The notes beneath the pieces were generated by a model. The model ran no database searches. It saw only the letters and a list, made by a program, of their open reading frames with translations, and had not been told where the DNA came from. From NCBI GenBank assembly GCA_963851055.1, contig CAWKMY010000006.1:14663-78662 (forward strand): 64,000 nt of DNA. The letters are read 5' to 3'. This document shows, in pieces, positions 10,169 to 19,577 of this stretch. The position numbers and the translations under genes are program-made. Source of the stretch: an uncultured bacterium. Lineage in GTDB: Bacteria; Patescibacteriota; Minisyncoccia; Phycocordibacterales; PALSA-1337. How positions within the stretch are numbered: the first letter of the stretch is position 1; each line of letters begins with the position of its first letter.

Positions 10169-10524
10169 CTATTTACAGGATCACTTCACGACATGTACCA
10201 CATGGCACAGCGTGCATGCGACCCCTCTTGTCCTGCCGATCTAGAAGTTTTTTACGCTATCAATCAGCATGACGAAGAGGAATAACATTGCGGTTATCGC
10301 TTGCGCGAAATTTGTTCCGCGTTACCCTTTTCCTCGCTATTTTATTGTCAAAAAGCGGCTAATACATCGCTTCATTCCAATAGAAGAGATGTACCAACCG
10401 CCTTATGCTTATGGCACTACCAGATTTCTCTGGTTTTGATTCTCCTCTAAGAAAATCAATATATCAGCTTATAACGTTCACACTGGTACTAGTATAGCAT
10501 ACCTATTAGATTTGTCAAGGGCTT

Positions 10525-11466
10525 CGTAATGGTTCAATAGCTTGGAATCACCCCAGGTCGTAGGATGATTCCATATGCCATATACATCAAACAAACACAT
10601 GCCTCGCATCAGGAGAGATGCTGCAGAGCTTGTCAGAAGAGGATGGTCAACAAGAAAGGTTGCTCGTCACTTTGGATTCAGTCAAAGCGTCATTGTTAAG
10701 TGGTCGAAGAAAGCGGTGACGTATGGAATCCACCCCATACCAACTCTCTCATCAAGACCAAAGCATCACCCCAGACAATTAAATGATGATTTGATCTGGA
10801 AGATCTTCCACAAGAGACTGCTCATCAGACGAAGTGCTGAAGTGGTTCGTCAAGAGCTCAAGAATGAAGGGACCGGAGTATCTCTTGCTTCAGTAAAGCG
10901 TACGCTTGATCGCATGGGACTCCTGAAGAAGCGCAGTCCGTACAAACGATTCCATCCTCACCAGGATCGTCCAATACCCCTTAAACCAGGCGATTTGGTG
11001 CAGATCGACACCATACACCTCATGGTTGATGGCAAGAGAAGAATATACATATACGTTCTCATCGATGTGTATTCGAGATGGGTGTATGCAAAAGCATATG
11101 AAAAAATCGGAGGTAGGAATAGTTTGAAGTTTGTGAGAGAGGCACAGATACACGCATCATTCCAGTTTCAAATGTTGCAATCAGATCATGGACCAGAATT
11201 CGGTGATTGGTTTGTTGAACAAGTCAAAAAGAATCATCGATATACCCGCATCGGTAAACCAAATGACAATGCGCATATCGAACGATTCAATCGCACAGTG
11301 CAGGAGGAATGTGTGGACAAAGTAGAGAAGACTGTCTATGCACTCAACAAAGCGTTAAAAGTATACATTCCGTATTACAACGAAAAACGCCTTCACTTCG
11401 GCTTAAATTTGAAAACGCCAAGTCAATTTATTGACAAAGTGATTCCAAGCTATTGATTAGAATACG
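10525..11466 (+). mobile_element. IS481-like insertion sequence, 942 bp
   Basis: Perfect 18-bp inverted repeats 10534-10551 / 11439-11456 (tcaatagcttggaatcac); CGTA/TACG tips; 6-bp direct repeat GGGCTT at 10519-10524 and 11467-11472. Confidence 0.9.
10575..11456 (+). CDS. DDE transposase (integrase core, IS481-like)
   Basis: N-terminal HTH; LVQIDT, IDVYSR, QSDHGPEF, NAHIERFNRT, YNEKRLH. Confidence 0.92.
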   Translation: MPYTSNKHMPRIRRDAAELVRRGWSTRKVARHFGFSQSVIVKWSKKAVTYGIHPIPTLSSRPKHHPRQLNDDLIWKIFHKRLLIRRSAEVVRQELKNEGTGVSLASVKRTLDRMGLLKKRSPYKRFHPHQDRPIPLKPGDLVQIDTIHLMVDGKRRIYIYVLIDVYSRWVYAKAYEKIGGRNSLKFVREAQIHASFQFQMLQSDHGPEFGDWFVEQVKKNHRYTRIGKPNDNAHIERFNRTVQEECVDKVEKTVYALNKALKVYIPYYNEKRLHFGLNLKTPSQFIDKVIPSY

Positions 11467-11484
11467 GGGCTTTGAAATACCCCC

Positions 11485-12252
11485 TTACGCCGTCAGTATC
11501 TCCGCATCCCCTTTCGTTATGAGTACCGTATGCTCAAAATGTGCACTCGGCTTGCCATCAGCTGTGACATAAGTGTAACCATCCTTGTCTAATTCAACTT
11601 CTCTTCCTCCGAGATTGAACATCGGCTCAATAGCTATGACCATCCCAGGTTTGAGAACTGCTCCTTGCCCAGCTTCACCGTAATTTGGCACATATGGATC
11701 TTCGTGGACGTCATATCCGACTCCGTGGCCAGCCAATTCTTCGACTATGCCATATTTTCCAGCAAGACCAATTCTCTCTATTGCTACGCTTATATCGCCT
11801 ATCTTTTTACCTCCTTTGGCGGCTTTTATACCGGCTAGCATGGCTTTTTTGGTTGTATCGATTAAACGGCTCAACTCTATCGAAATTTTTCCAACCGGTA
11901 CTGTTATAGCCGCATCAGTGATTAAACCTTTATGAGTCAGACCCAAATCAAGTGTTACAATGTCGCCTTCTTTGAGGATTTTCTCACCTTCATTCGGAAT
12001 ACCATGGACAACTTCATCATTTATGGAAACACACAGAGCTGCAGGAAAAGGCCTCTTTGCACCTTGTGGTTTGTAATTGAGAAATGCCGGCTTATCACCA
12101 TTTGCGGCAATAAGTTCGCGTGCACAATTTTCTAGCTCAATAGCGCGGACACCAGGCTTCACCATAGCCGCCAATTCACGCAAAATTTCCGCGTGGCGTC
12201 TACCACCTTCGCGCATGATCGCAATATCTTCCTTTGTCTTCGTTGTTATCAT
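11485..12252 (-). CDS. map: Methionine aminopeptidase type I
   Basis: SINDEVVHGIP, DLG, GHGVG, IEPM, SAHFEHT. Confidence 0.97.
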   Translation of the reverse strand: MITTKTKEDIAIMREGGRRHAEILRELAAMVKPGVRAIELENCARELIAANGDKPAFLNYKPQGAKRPFPAALCVSINDEVVHGIPNEGEKILKEGDIVTLDLGLTHKGLITDAAITVPVGKISIELSRLIDTTKKAMLAGIKAAKGGKKIGDISVAIERIGLAGKYGIVEELAGHGVGYDVHEDPYVPNYGEAGQGAVLKPGMVIAIEPMFNLGGREVELDKDGYTYVTADGKPSAHFEHTVLITKGDAEILTA

Positions 12253-12305
12253 ATATATAATCCGAATCAACGGATCTTATCCGAATGATGCGAATATAAA
12301 ACAGA

Positions 12306-12911
12306 CTATACCAATCCAACCCTTTTCACAATGTCGGCGTGAATCTCTTCTATGGAGCGTTCTCCATCGATGTCCAGAAAGCGAACATTCGGGTTTGTCT
12401 TGTACCACTCTATAGTAGGGGTAACGTCGGCTTCGAATGCCTTCTGGCGTTCGAGCAATTCCTCCTCTCCGTCGTCAACACGACCACTGGTCTTACCGCG
12501 AAGCTTGAGGCGACCGGCGGATTCTGCATGTTCTACGTCCAGATATATGACCCAGGGCTTTTCCAAGTCATAGAATGGAGCAAGCGATTCCAATATCTTC
12601 GCCTCCAAAAGCTTGCGAGGTGTACCGTCAAAAACTATGTGTAGAGATCCATTATATTCTTCAATAAGACGCTTGCCCCAAACGTATACGCACATAAATT
12701 CCGGCATCAAATCTCCGGCTTCGACGATCTTCTTGCTATGTTTAGCTGTATAACTATCGCCAGCCATGAATTTCCTGAATTCAGCGCCAGTCTCGACATA
12801 AAGGACTCCATGAGATGAGTCCGCTTTCTTCAACGCCTCAATTAGAAGCTTCGCTTGTGTACCCTTACCTGCGCCGTAACGACCGATGAAGATGAATGAT
12901 TGAGGTTTCAT
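12306..12911 (-). CDS. adk: Adenylate kinase family protein (short LID)
   Basis: GRYGAGKGTQA, DGTPR, GRVDD; position between secY and map. Confidence 0.85.
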   Translation of the reverse strand: MKPQSFIFIGRYGAGKGTQAKLLIEALKKADSSHGVLYVETGAEFRKFMAGDSYTAKHSKKIVEAGDLMPEFMCVYVWGKRLIEEYNGSLHIVFDGTPRKLLEAKILESLAPFYDLEKPWVIYLDVEHAESAGRLKLRGKTSGRVDDGEEELLERQKAFEADVTPTIEWYKTNPNVRFLDIDGERSIEEIHADIVKRVGLV

Positions 12912-12932
12912 GAGCCATAGTATAACAAAATC

Positions 12933-14204
12933 CTAATACTCCCTCATCGCCACCTGTGCATCTATCTTCTTGAGCAAATCTAGAACCACAGAGACGACAA
13001 TCAAAAGCGCCGTACCGCCGATGGCCAGAGTAGTACCACCAGTGAAGTTCTGCAAAGCTAGAGGAAGGACCGCCACAACACCTAGGAATAGAGCGCCAAC
13101 CAGAGTGATACGAGTGACGATATTGGCCAGATAATCACGGGTGTGGTCGCCTGGACGGACGCCTGGGATAAACGCGCCACCCTGCTGGAGATTCTGCGAT
13201 ATCATAGCAGGATCGAAGGTGACAGCTGTATAGAAATAAGTGAAAGCTACAACCAGTAGGAAGTAGAAACCTCCATAGACCCAAGGATTATTGAAGAATA
13301 TAGCGAATGAAGTGGCGTAAGCGGCTACGGTCGCATTCGAAGCGTGTGTGAGGAAATTGGCGATGATTTGAGGGAAGAGCAAGATAGAAAGGGCAAATAT
13401 TATCGGAATAACGCCGGCTTGGTTCAAGCGAAGAGGTAAATATGTAGAAGCGCCGCCGTAGACTTTGTTGCCGCGTACCTGCTTTGCATAAGTGACCGGC
13501 ACCGATCGCTCTGCTTCAGTGACGAAAACAACGCCGGCGATGACGATGAGAGCGATGACCAGTACGGCTAGATACACGGCTATCTGGGATGAATCGAAGG
13601 TGGTCCAGAACTGGATGGCATCTTTCGGTAGACGAGCTACGATACCGGCAAAGATGATGAGCGAAACGCCATTGCCGATGCCAAATTCGGAGATGAGCTC
13701 ACCGATCCACATGAGCAATATAGAGCCGGCAGAGACGACGATAGTCGAGATCACCAAAGTGCCAGTGCCGAGATGTGGTAATACATTCTGATTCTCGAGG
13801 AGGAGTATGAAACCTACAGCTTGAATCAAAGCCAATGGTACAGCCATCAGACGCGAATATTGCGAGAGCTTCATGCGACCGGCTTGGCCTTCCTCATGCA
13901 TCAGAGCTTTCCATTTCGGGAACATCATGGTCAGGAGCTGGATGATGATGGAAGCGGTGATGAATGGGCCTACACCGAGCATAACAATAGAAAGATTGGA
14001 AAGGCCTCCTCCAGAGAAGATATTCAGGAAACCGAAGAATTGGCTAGACGAGAGTAATTTTGCCAGAGCGGCTGCATCGACGCCGGGCATAGGGATGGCC
14101 GCCAAGAGACGGAAAATAACCAGAGCAGCAACAGTAAAGCCGATCCTCTTGCGCAAGATGGGATCTTTCAGTGCTAAAGCTATTTTTTGTCCGAAGTTTT
14201 GCAT
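12933..14204 (-). CDS. secY: Preprotein translocase SecY
   Basis: LGVGPFITASII, GIGNGVSLIIFAGI, AGVIPIIFA, IPGVRPG, GGTALLIVV. Confidence 0.98.
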   Translation of the reverse strand: MQNFGQKIALALKDPILRKRIGFTVAALVIFRLLAAIPMPGVDAAALAKLLSSSQFFGFLNIFSGGGLSNLSIVMLGVGPFITASIIIQLLTMMFPKWKALMHEEGQAGRMKLSQYSRLMAVPLALIQAVGFILLLENQNVLPHLGTGTLVISTIVVSAGSILLMWIGELISEFGIGNGVSLIIFAGIVARLPKDAIQFWTTFDSSQIAVYLAVLVIALIVIAGVVFVTEAERSVPVTYAKQVRGNKVYGGASTYLPLRLNQAGVIPIIFALSILLFPQIIANFLTHASNATVAAYATSFAIFFNNPWVYGGFYFLLVVAFTYFYTAVTFDPAMISQNLQQGGAFIPGVRPGDHTRDYLANIVTRITLVGALFLGVVAVLPLALQNFTGGTTLAIGGTALLIVVSVVLDLLKKIDAQVAMREY

Positions 14205-14429
14205 GATTTAAAGCTCTTTGATGCCGTGCAGGGTGGTTTATATAGTAAGCATTAGCCTATCATATGGCTAGTTTTAATACAAGAAAAGTGGCTTGGATTA
14301 TGGGTGGTTTTGGGGTATGAGGCAGGAGTTAGGTTTAATGGGAACAAGCTTGACGAAAAGGTATTGAGTATGCTATAATATGATTAAAGAAGTTAGTTCG
14401 TTTCCATCAACAATCAACCCCTTAAGATA

Positions 14430-14738
14430 ATGAACCTTATTATTAACACCGTTATTAGTGTCAGTGATTTCATCTTTGGTATCCTCATCCTCATTGGAGC
14501 CATTTTGTTCATCATGTTCGTCTGCGAAGTTATCGGCGCTCTAATGGCTGGCAAATGCCCTAAATGTGGGAGCCGACGCACTGGCGTGGAACGTAGCAGT
14601 TCTCATGATAACCATCGTCTTGGTGGTGCCTACGAAACAACGCATTGTAGGTGCCGTAAATGTCGTCACACATGGAATGCTGGCGAAACCAAATTCGTTA
14701 GCGATGATGACCAGAAGATTCGTGATGTATTTCACTGA
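14430..14738 (+). CDS. Membrane-anchored zinc-ribbon hypothetical protein
   Basis: N-terminal TM, CPKC and CRKC; TTGACG..TATAAT promoter upstream. Confidence 0.6.
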   Translation: MNLIINTVISVSDFIFGILILIGAILFIMFVCEVIGALMAGKCPKCGSRRTGVERSSSHDNHRLGGAYETTHCRCRKCRHTWNAGETKFVSDDDQKIRDVFH

Positions 14739-14845
14739 TCAATCGGGTTATGGGTGACACCTTAAAACATAACAAGTCACTCAAGATTTCCCCGGCGACC
14801 GACTTAACTGTTGGCCGCCGGTATTCTTTTACCTAATCTAGCTTC

Positions 14846-14906
14846 TTAGGCGTTTCTTTATCAGTTCTTAGGCGTTTTTTGATTTCTTTTTGAGCGTTTC
14901 TTTATC
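14846..14906 (+). promoter_or_regulatory. 11-bp-phased operator-like array, copy A
   Basis: TTAGGCGTTTC TTTATCAGTTC TTAGGCGTTTT TTGATTTCTTT TTGAGCGTTTC TTTATC, then TACAGT (14916-14921) and ATG 14928. Confidence 0.8.
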
Positions 14907-14927
14907 TCGGTCTGATACAGTTTCTTA

Positions 14928-15296
14928 ATGGACAAAATCCATTATGAAAAACTACTTGAAAAGAGACGTCAATGGTACAAAACCGTAAAGAAAGTCTACT
15001 GTCCTTGTTTAGGAGTGGATGTATTTTTTAATTCTAAAGGCTTCAGACACATCTTATATGACGGCGAGGGTAAATTGCGTTCCTTGCAAGATCGCATCCG
15101 TAGATTGAACTTATTGCCTCTGGCCATTTCGATGATCGGAAACTCGACGAAAATCCATGAACATAGAACTCAATGGAATATGAACTCCGTTTCTTTCAGA
15201 AAATATCATTCGAATAGAGGAACTTGGATAACGGTCGTCATCAAGATAAATCCTTTGGGTAAAATGAATTTTGTGAGCGTCATCGACCGCAAATAG
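14928..15296 (+). CDS. Putative BECR-fold RNase/toxin
   Basis: Basic 122-aa protein; VFFNSKGFRHI and C-terminal strands ending FVSVI resemble phage-barnase/EndoU/colicin/RelE-like nucleases. Recognised by pattern, not by search. Confidence 0.55.
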   Translation: MDKIHYEKLLEKRRQWYKTVKKVYCPCLGVDVFFNSKGFRHILYDGEGKLRSLQDRIRRLNLLPLAISMIGNSTKIHEHRTQWNMNSVSFRKYHSNRGTWITVVIKINPLGKMNFVSVIDRK

Positions 15297-15394
15297 CAAA
15301 AAGACCGTCGTTAGACAGTCCTTTTGGCATACCCACTGACGGTTTGGAGGATATTATCCCGTGACCGAGCCAAGGCTTGCGCCTCATGGGTATG
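15297..15394 (-). ncRNA. Candidate convergent small RNA facing toxin 14928-15296
   Basis: TTGACT(15429-15424)-18-TATAAT(15405-15400); 9-bp stem, GCAA tetraloop hairpin and terminator whose mismatches are G-U only on the minus strand. Confidence 0.6.
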
Positions 15395-15434
15395 GGAATA
15401 TTATATTCCTCTCAATAAAACAAAGTCAAGAACC

Positions 15435-16070
15435 TTATGCGGCCTTCTTTACTTTGGCCGATTTATCAGCTTTTGGCACCCCACTTTCCTTGGCCGGCTT
15501 ATCAGCCTTCGGTACCTTATCACCCTTTGGTGCCTTGGCGGCCTTCTTTGCCTTAGCTGGTACAACTACTTTCGGTGTACCTACGATGCCTCCATAACCC
15601 GGATTCTTTACAATAACCTTATCAATGATGATAGTGACTGTACCACCAGCCTTCTCAATCTTTTCATTTGCAGAACCGGAAATGAAACATCCTGAAACTT
15701 TGATAGCTTTGGTGATCTCACCATCGCCGAGGATCTTGACCTCTGGAATGCGTCCAGACTGGCTGTATACAACTCCCTTTTCTACGAGTGTGGCTGGAGT
15801 AACCACATCACCCGCCTTGAAAACCTCTTCTATTTGAACGAGGTTGATCACTTTGCGGGCATCACTAACAGGCTTGTTCTGGCTGACGCCACGACCGCGC
15901 AATTTTGGAAGCTTCTTTATGATGTCACGCCATTCTGGGCGGCGCTTGTTACCGGCACGAGCGGACTGGCCTTTGCCCCCGCGACCGGAAGTCTTACCAC
16001 GCTTGCCGCCACGACCGACGGTCATGCGCTTCATATTCTTATGGACTCTTTTTAGTTGATTGGATTGCAT
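15435..16070 (-). CDS. rplO: 50S ribosomal protein L15 with K/A-rich C-terminal extension
   Basis: VGRGGKRGKTSGRGGKGQSAR, KILGDGE, KIEKAGG. Confidence 0.95.
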   Translation of the reverse strand: MQSNQLKRVHKNMKRMTVGRGGKRGKTSGRGGKGQSARAGNKRRPEWRDIIKKLPKLRGRGVSQNKPVSDARKVINLVQIEEVFKAGDVVTPATLVEKGVVYSQSGRIPEVKILGDGEITKAIKVSGCFISGSANEKIEKAGGTVTIIIDKVIVKNPGYGGIVGTPKVVVPAKAKKAAKAPKGDKVPKADKPAKESGVPKADKSAKVKKAA

Positions 16071-16071
16071 G

Positions 16072-16851
16072 TTATTTGTTTTCCTTAGGAGCTTTTCCTT
16101 GCATGGTGGCACGAGACATTCTGGAAAGCTTGTCGAGGGCTACGATAGCGGCGCGAGCGATATTGATCTTGTTCTTGGAACCAGACATTATCTTGGCTGC
16201 AATATCCTTGATACCGGCAAGCTCTATGACTACGCGAGCTGATGAACCGGCAACTATACCGCTACCGCGAGCTGGGAAAATCATAATGCGTGCGCTGCCG
16301 AATTTACCTTCTGTAGCATGCGGTATGACCATCTGAGCATTTAGAGGAATCTTTATGAGATGCTTCTTGGCTTCACGTGTAGCTTTTTCTATGGCGAGCG
16401 ATGTATCTATACCTTTGCCCAAACCAACACCGACACGGCCTTTCTTGTCTCCGGCCACAACAGCTACACTGAAATTCATGCGTCGGCCACCAGAGGTGAC
16501 GCGTGTGACGCGGCGAATATCTATCATTTTGGCATCGAATTCTGGTTTTATACGCTCTCCCCTCTCACCTCCACGGCCACCGGAACGTCCGCCTGAACGG
16601 CCTCCGCGAGAGTCTCCGCGAGCTCCAGGGGCACCAGAACGTCCTCCAGCACGAGCTGAATCGCGCATCTTCCTGCCAGGAGTAATCTTGTTCGGTGATA
16701 CTGGAGCTCCTACTGGAGCGACAGCATCAGCTATAGGCATGACTGGATCAGTAGCCTCAGAGACGACGGCCTCTTTTGCGATAGCATCCAAAGCCACCTT
16801 GTCATTCAAGGAAATTTCTTCGTTATTGTTCTGTATGTCTTGTTTAGGCAT
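16072..16851 (-). CDS. rpsE: 30S ribosomal protein S5 with long N-terminal extension
   Basis: RRVTRVTSGGRRMNFSVAVVAGD, GSGIVAG. Confidence 0.97.
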   Translation of the reverse strand: MPKQDIQNNNEEISLNDKVALDAIAKEAVVSEATDPVMPIADAVAPVGAPVSPNKITPGRKMRDSARAGGRSGAPGARGDSRGGRSGGRSGGRGGERGERIKPEFDAKMIDIRRVTRVTSGGRRMNFSVAVVAGDKKGRVGVGLGKGIDTSLAIEKATREAKKHLIKIPLNAQMVIPHATEGKFGSARIMIFPARGSGIVAGSSARVVIELAGIKDIAAKIMSGSKNKINIARAAIVALDKLSRMSRATMQGKAPKENK

Positions 16852-16876
16852 GTGTTTATAAAAATTGCATTAAAAT

Positions 16877-17230
16877 TTAGAATTCTAGACCTCCTTCGCG
16901 GGCACCATCGGCTACTAACTTGATCTTGCCTGCATAGAGGTAACCACCCTTGTCGAAGACGACCTTCTTTATCTTTGCCGCTATGGCTTTCTTTGCAAGG
17001 CCCAAACCAACTTCTTTGGCCTTATCAGCTGGACTCTTGCCTTTTGCATCCTTGGAAGAAAATGCCGCCAAAGTATTACCTTTTGTATCATCGATGATCT
17101 GGGCATACATGTAACGATGTGACTTGAAGACAGAAAGGCGTGGGCGCTCGGCCGTGCCGCTTACTTTGGCGCGGACGCGAGCCGCCCTACGAGCAAATTT
17201 CATATTCTGATTTTTGATGATGGATTTCAT
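16877..17230 (-). CDS. rplR: 50S ribosomal protein L18
   Basis: GTAERPRLSVFKS, YAQIIDD, AREGGLEF. Confidence 0.97.
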   Translation of the reverse strand: MKSIIKNQNMKFARRAARVRAKVSGTAERPRLSVFKSHRYMYAQIIDDTKGNTLAAFSSKDAKGKSPADKAKEVGLGLAKKAIAAKIKKVVFDKGGYLYAGKIKLVADGAREGGLEF

Positions 17231-17267
17231 GGTGTTGTTTGCTTGATCATTGCGTCATTGATCATTT

Positions 17268-17816
17268 CTACGCGGCTTTCTTTCCTTGCTTCCTGCGGAT
17301 GACTTCATCTGAATATCTGATGCCTTTACCGAGGTAAGGCTCCGGTTTCTTCATGGCACGAACGACGGCCGCGAACTGACCAACTTTCTCGGAATCTATG
17401 CCGCTTATAGTGACGTTATTCTTCTCTGTAGTCACTTTGAGGTCAGTCGGAACTGGTACGTTGATGAGATGTGAGAATCCTACGGCCAAAACGAGATCTT
17501 TACCCTTTATATCAGCCTTGTAACCGATACCTTCTACTATGAGTTTCTTTTCGTAGGCCTTATTGACGCCAGCTATCATATTGCGGATATGCGAAGCGTA
17601 AGTGCCGATCATGGCCTTGGACTGGAGAGTATTCCTGGTCGTAGCTAGAGCGATCTCTTTTGCGCCAGTCTCATTTGCAGTGATAGTGACTGAAACATCA
17701 TCACGGAAATTTTTAGTCAAAGTGCCGAGAGGACCCTTTACGGTCATGACGCCAGCAGCAAAGCTAGCCTCTGTACGGCTCGGAATAATTATTGGTTTCT
17801 TTGCAATGCGTGACAT
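17268..17816 (-). CDS. rplF: 50S ribosomal protein L6
   Basis: MSRIAKKPI, PEPYLGKGIRY. Confidence 0.97.
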   Translation of the reverse strand: MSRIAKKPIIIPSRTEASFAAGVMTVKGPLGTLTKNFRDDVSVTITANETGAKEIALATTRNTLQSKAMIGTYASHIRNMIAGVNKAYEKKLIVEGIGYKADIKGKDLVLAVGFSHLINVPVPTDLKVTTEKNNVTISGIDSEKVGQFAAVVRAMKKPEPYLGKGIRYSDEVIRRKQGKKAA

Positions 17817-17854
17817 GGTATTTAAATAAGGAGTTAGAAGTTGGGAGTTAGAAG

Positions 17855-18241
17855 TTACCAGATTTTAAATAAAATTTCGCCGCCCAACTTGTGCTTCTTG
17901 GCTTCCATATCAGTCATGATGCCCTTGGAAGTAGAAAGAATGAGGTTTCCGAAGCCGCTACGGAATGAACGTATGTCGCTGGCCTTCTGATAAAGACGGC
18001 GTGAAGGCTTGGACAGGCGCTCAACACCATGGATGCGGGGCTCACCATCGAAATAGACTAGGCCGAGCTCTATCTCTCTTTTGGTCTTTGACTTCTCAAC
18101 AGTAGAGAGATAACCAGCCTTCTTCAGAGAATGAGCTACATTCTCAGCAAATTTGGATCCGAGGACAACGACTGAAGCCTTCTTGGCGTCTGAGCCATTC
18201 TTGATGCGGATTATGAGGTCTGATATTGGGTCGGTTACCAT
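17855..18241 (-). CDS. rpsH: 30S ribosomal protein S8
   Basis: DPISDLIIRIKN, SKPSRRLY, STSKGIMT, GGEIL. Confidence 0.96.
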   Translation of the reverse strand: MVTDPISDLIIRIKNGSDAKKASVVVLGSKFAENVAHSLKKAGYLSTVEKSKTKREIELGLVYFDGEPRIHGVERLSKPSRRLYQKASDIRSFRSGFGNLILSTSKGIMTDMEAKKHKLGGEILFKIW

Positions 18242-18420
18242 GATGATTTCTTTATACCTGGAATAGCTCCTTCGTTGGCGAATTCGCGGAAACAGATACG
18301 GCACATGTCGAAGTCGCGCATATAGCCGTGCTTACGACCACAGCGGAAACAGCGTCGAACAACCCTAGACTTGAACTTGGGCTTCTTTTTCGAGCGGGCT
18401 ATGACTGCTTTTGTGGCCAT
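18235..18420 (-). CDS. rpsZ: 30S ribosomal protein S14, zinc-binding type
   Basis: RCFRCGR..MCRICFRE, IPGIKKSSW. Confidence 0.95.
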   Translation of the reverse strand: MATKAVIARSKKKPKFKSRVVRRCFRCGRKHGYMRDFDMCRICFREFANEGAIPGIKKSSW

Positions 18421-18572
18421 GGTTATTTTTGCAAAACAAATGGGATTGGTCAGCTGTTCGGCGCTTTTAAGAGCGGACCCGATGTGCTTCCAATCATTTC
18501 CTCATAAAACTCTTGTTTTCTAAGGTAAGGATGATACTAGCAGATGAAGACTAGAGAGTCAATAACAAAATC

Positions 18573-18633
18573 TTAGGCGAATTTTGAGCGAAAATTATGC
18601 GTTTTTTGATTTCTTTTTGAGCGTTTCTTTATC
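18573..18633 (+). promoter_or_regulatory. 11-bp-phased operator-like array, copy B
   Basis: TTAGGCGAATT TTGAGCGAAAA TTATGCGTTTT TTGATTTCTTT TTGAGCGTTTC TTTATC, then TATGTT (18644-18649) and ATG 18657. Confidence 0.8.
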
Positions 18634-18656
18634 ACCTCTATGATATGTTGCTGTGT

Positions 18657-19085
18657 ATGGACGAAATATACATCAAAGACTTCGATAAATGGAATGAATG
18701 CCAAAAGGCTCTTGATAAACAAGAATTCGAGGGATTTTGTCGTGAACGAGAAGTTTGGTGGTGCGCCTTGGGAGTGAATATTGGCTCGGAACAAGACGGT
18801 AAGAATGATTTATTTGAACGACCAGTACTCATTATCAAGAAGATCCGAAAAGATCTATTACGCATCATTCCACTTACAAGTAAAATAGAAAACCACGATG
18901 ACCGTATAACTGCGATCATTGCTGGAGAAAAATCCCAAATACTTCTCTCACAAGCTAAAACTATCAGCAGTAAGAGGTTATTAAGAAAAATAGGTTATGT
19001 ACGAATCCCATTATTCCAAGAGGTAATCATCCGTCTAGTCAAATCCATACTTGATATCCCTTACGAAAGCGAAACCCCGCTATAA
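18657..19085 (+). CDS. PemK/MazF-like toxin without adjacent protein antitoxin
   Basis: REVWWCALGVNIGSEQDGK..RPVLIIKK, IIPLTSK, LSQAKTISSKRL. Confidence 0.85.
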   Translation: MDEIYIKDFDKWNECQKALDKQEFEGFCREREVWWCALGVNIGSEQDGKNDLFERPVLIIKKIRKDLLRIIPLTSKIENHDDRITAIIAGEKSQILLSQAKTISSKRLLRKIGYVRIPLFQEVIIRLVKSILDIPYESETPL

Positions 19086-19118
19086 AAGCGGGGAATCTCG
19101 GAGCCCGAAGGCCAAGGT
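19065..19118 (-). ncRNA. Candidate antisense RNA overlapping the 3' end of the MazF-like gene
   Basis: TTGACA(19152-19147)-16-TATACT(19130-19125); GCC-TTCG-GGC hairpin then CCCCGCT/AGCGGGG-TTT terminator over the stop codon. Confidence 0.6.
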
Positions 19119-19577
19119 GATACAAGTATATAGGATATAATTTCTGTGTCAAGAAAGATGCTTAGGTGGCATTCACAGCAAAAATAATAACCTTCATTTC
19201 TTGAGTGTAATGAATGAAAGACAACACAAGAGGCCTCTATTAAAGGCCTCTTGAAGAATCTCCGCGTTTTTCGCAAAGCAAGACTGTTCCGGAGGGACCC
19301 CTATTTTTCTCCCTCAACGCCTTTTCATGCCGTATATAAATCAAGGCCGTAGACCTGGGGGATTTACTACATCAAAACTAGTCTTATGACTACATTTTAA
19401 CAAAAATAAAGGCGTTGTCAAACAAAAAAAATATTCATAAATATGCAGAAAACCCGTGCGATTCCATCGTACGGGTTTTGAATGTCAGCGGCTCATTCCG
19501 TGCCGGGTGGTTAGACCACCAAATTTTTAGGACAAAGGTCAAAGTGACAAAAGTCATCAGTGACTAAGTCCAGAGTG

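Noticed and set aside
14846-14906. The 11-bp arrays or other repeats as CRISPR arrays
   Set aside because: No unique spacers between repeats and no cas genes.
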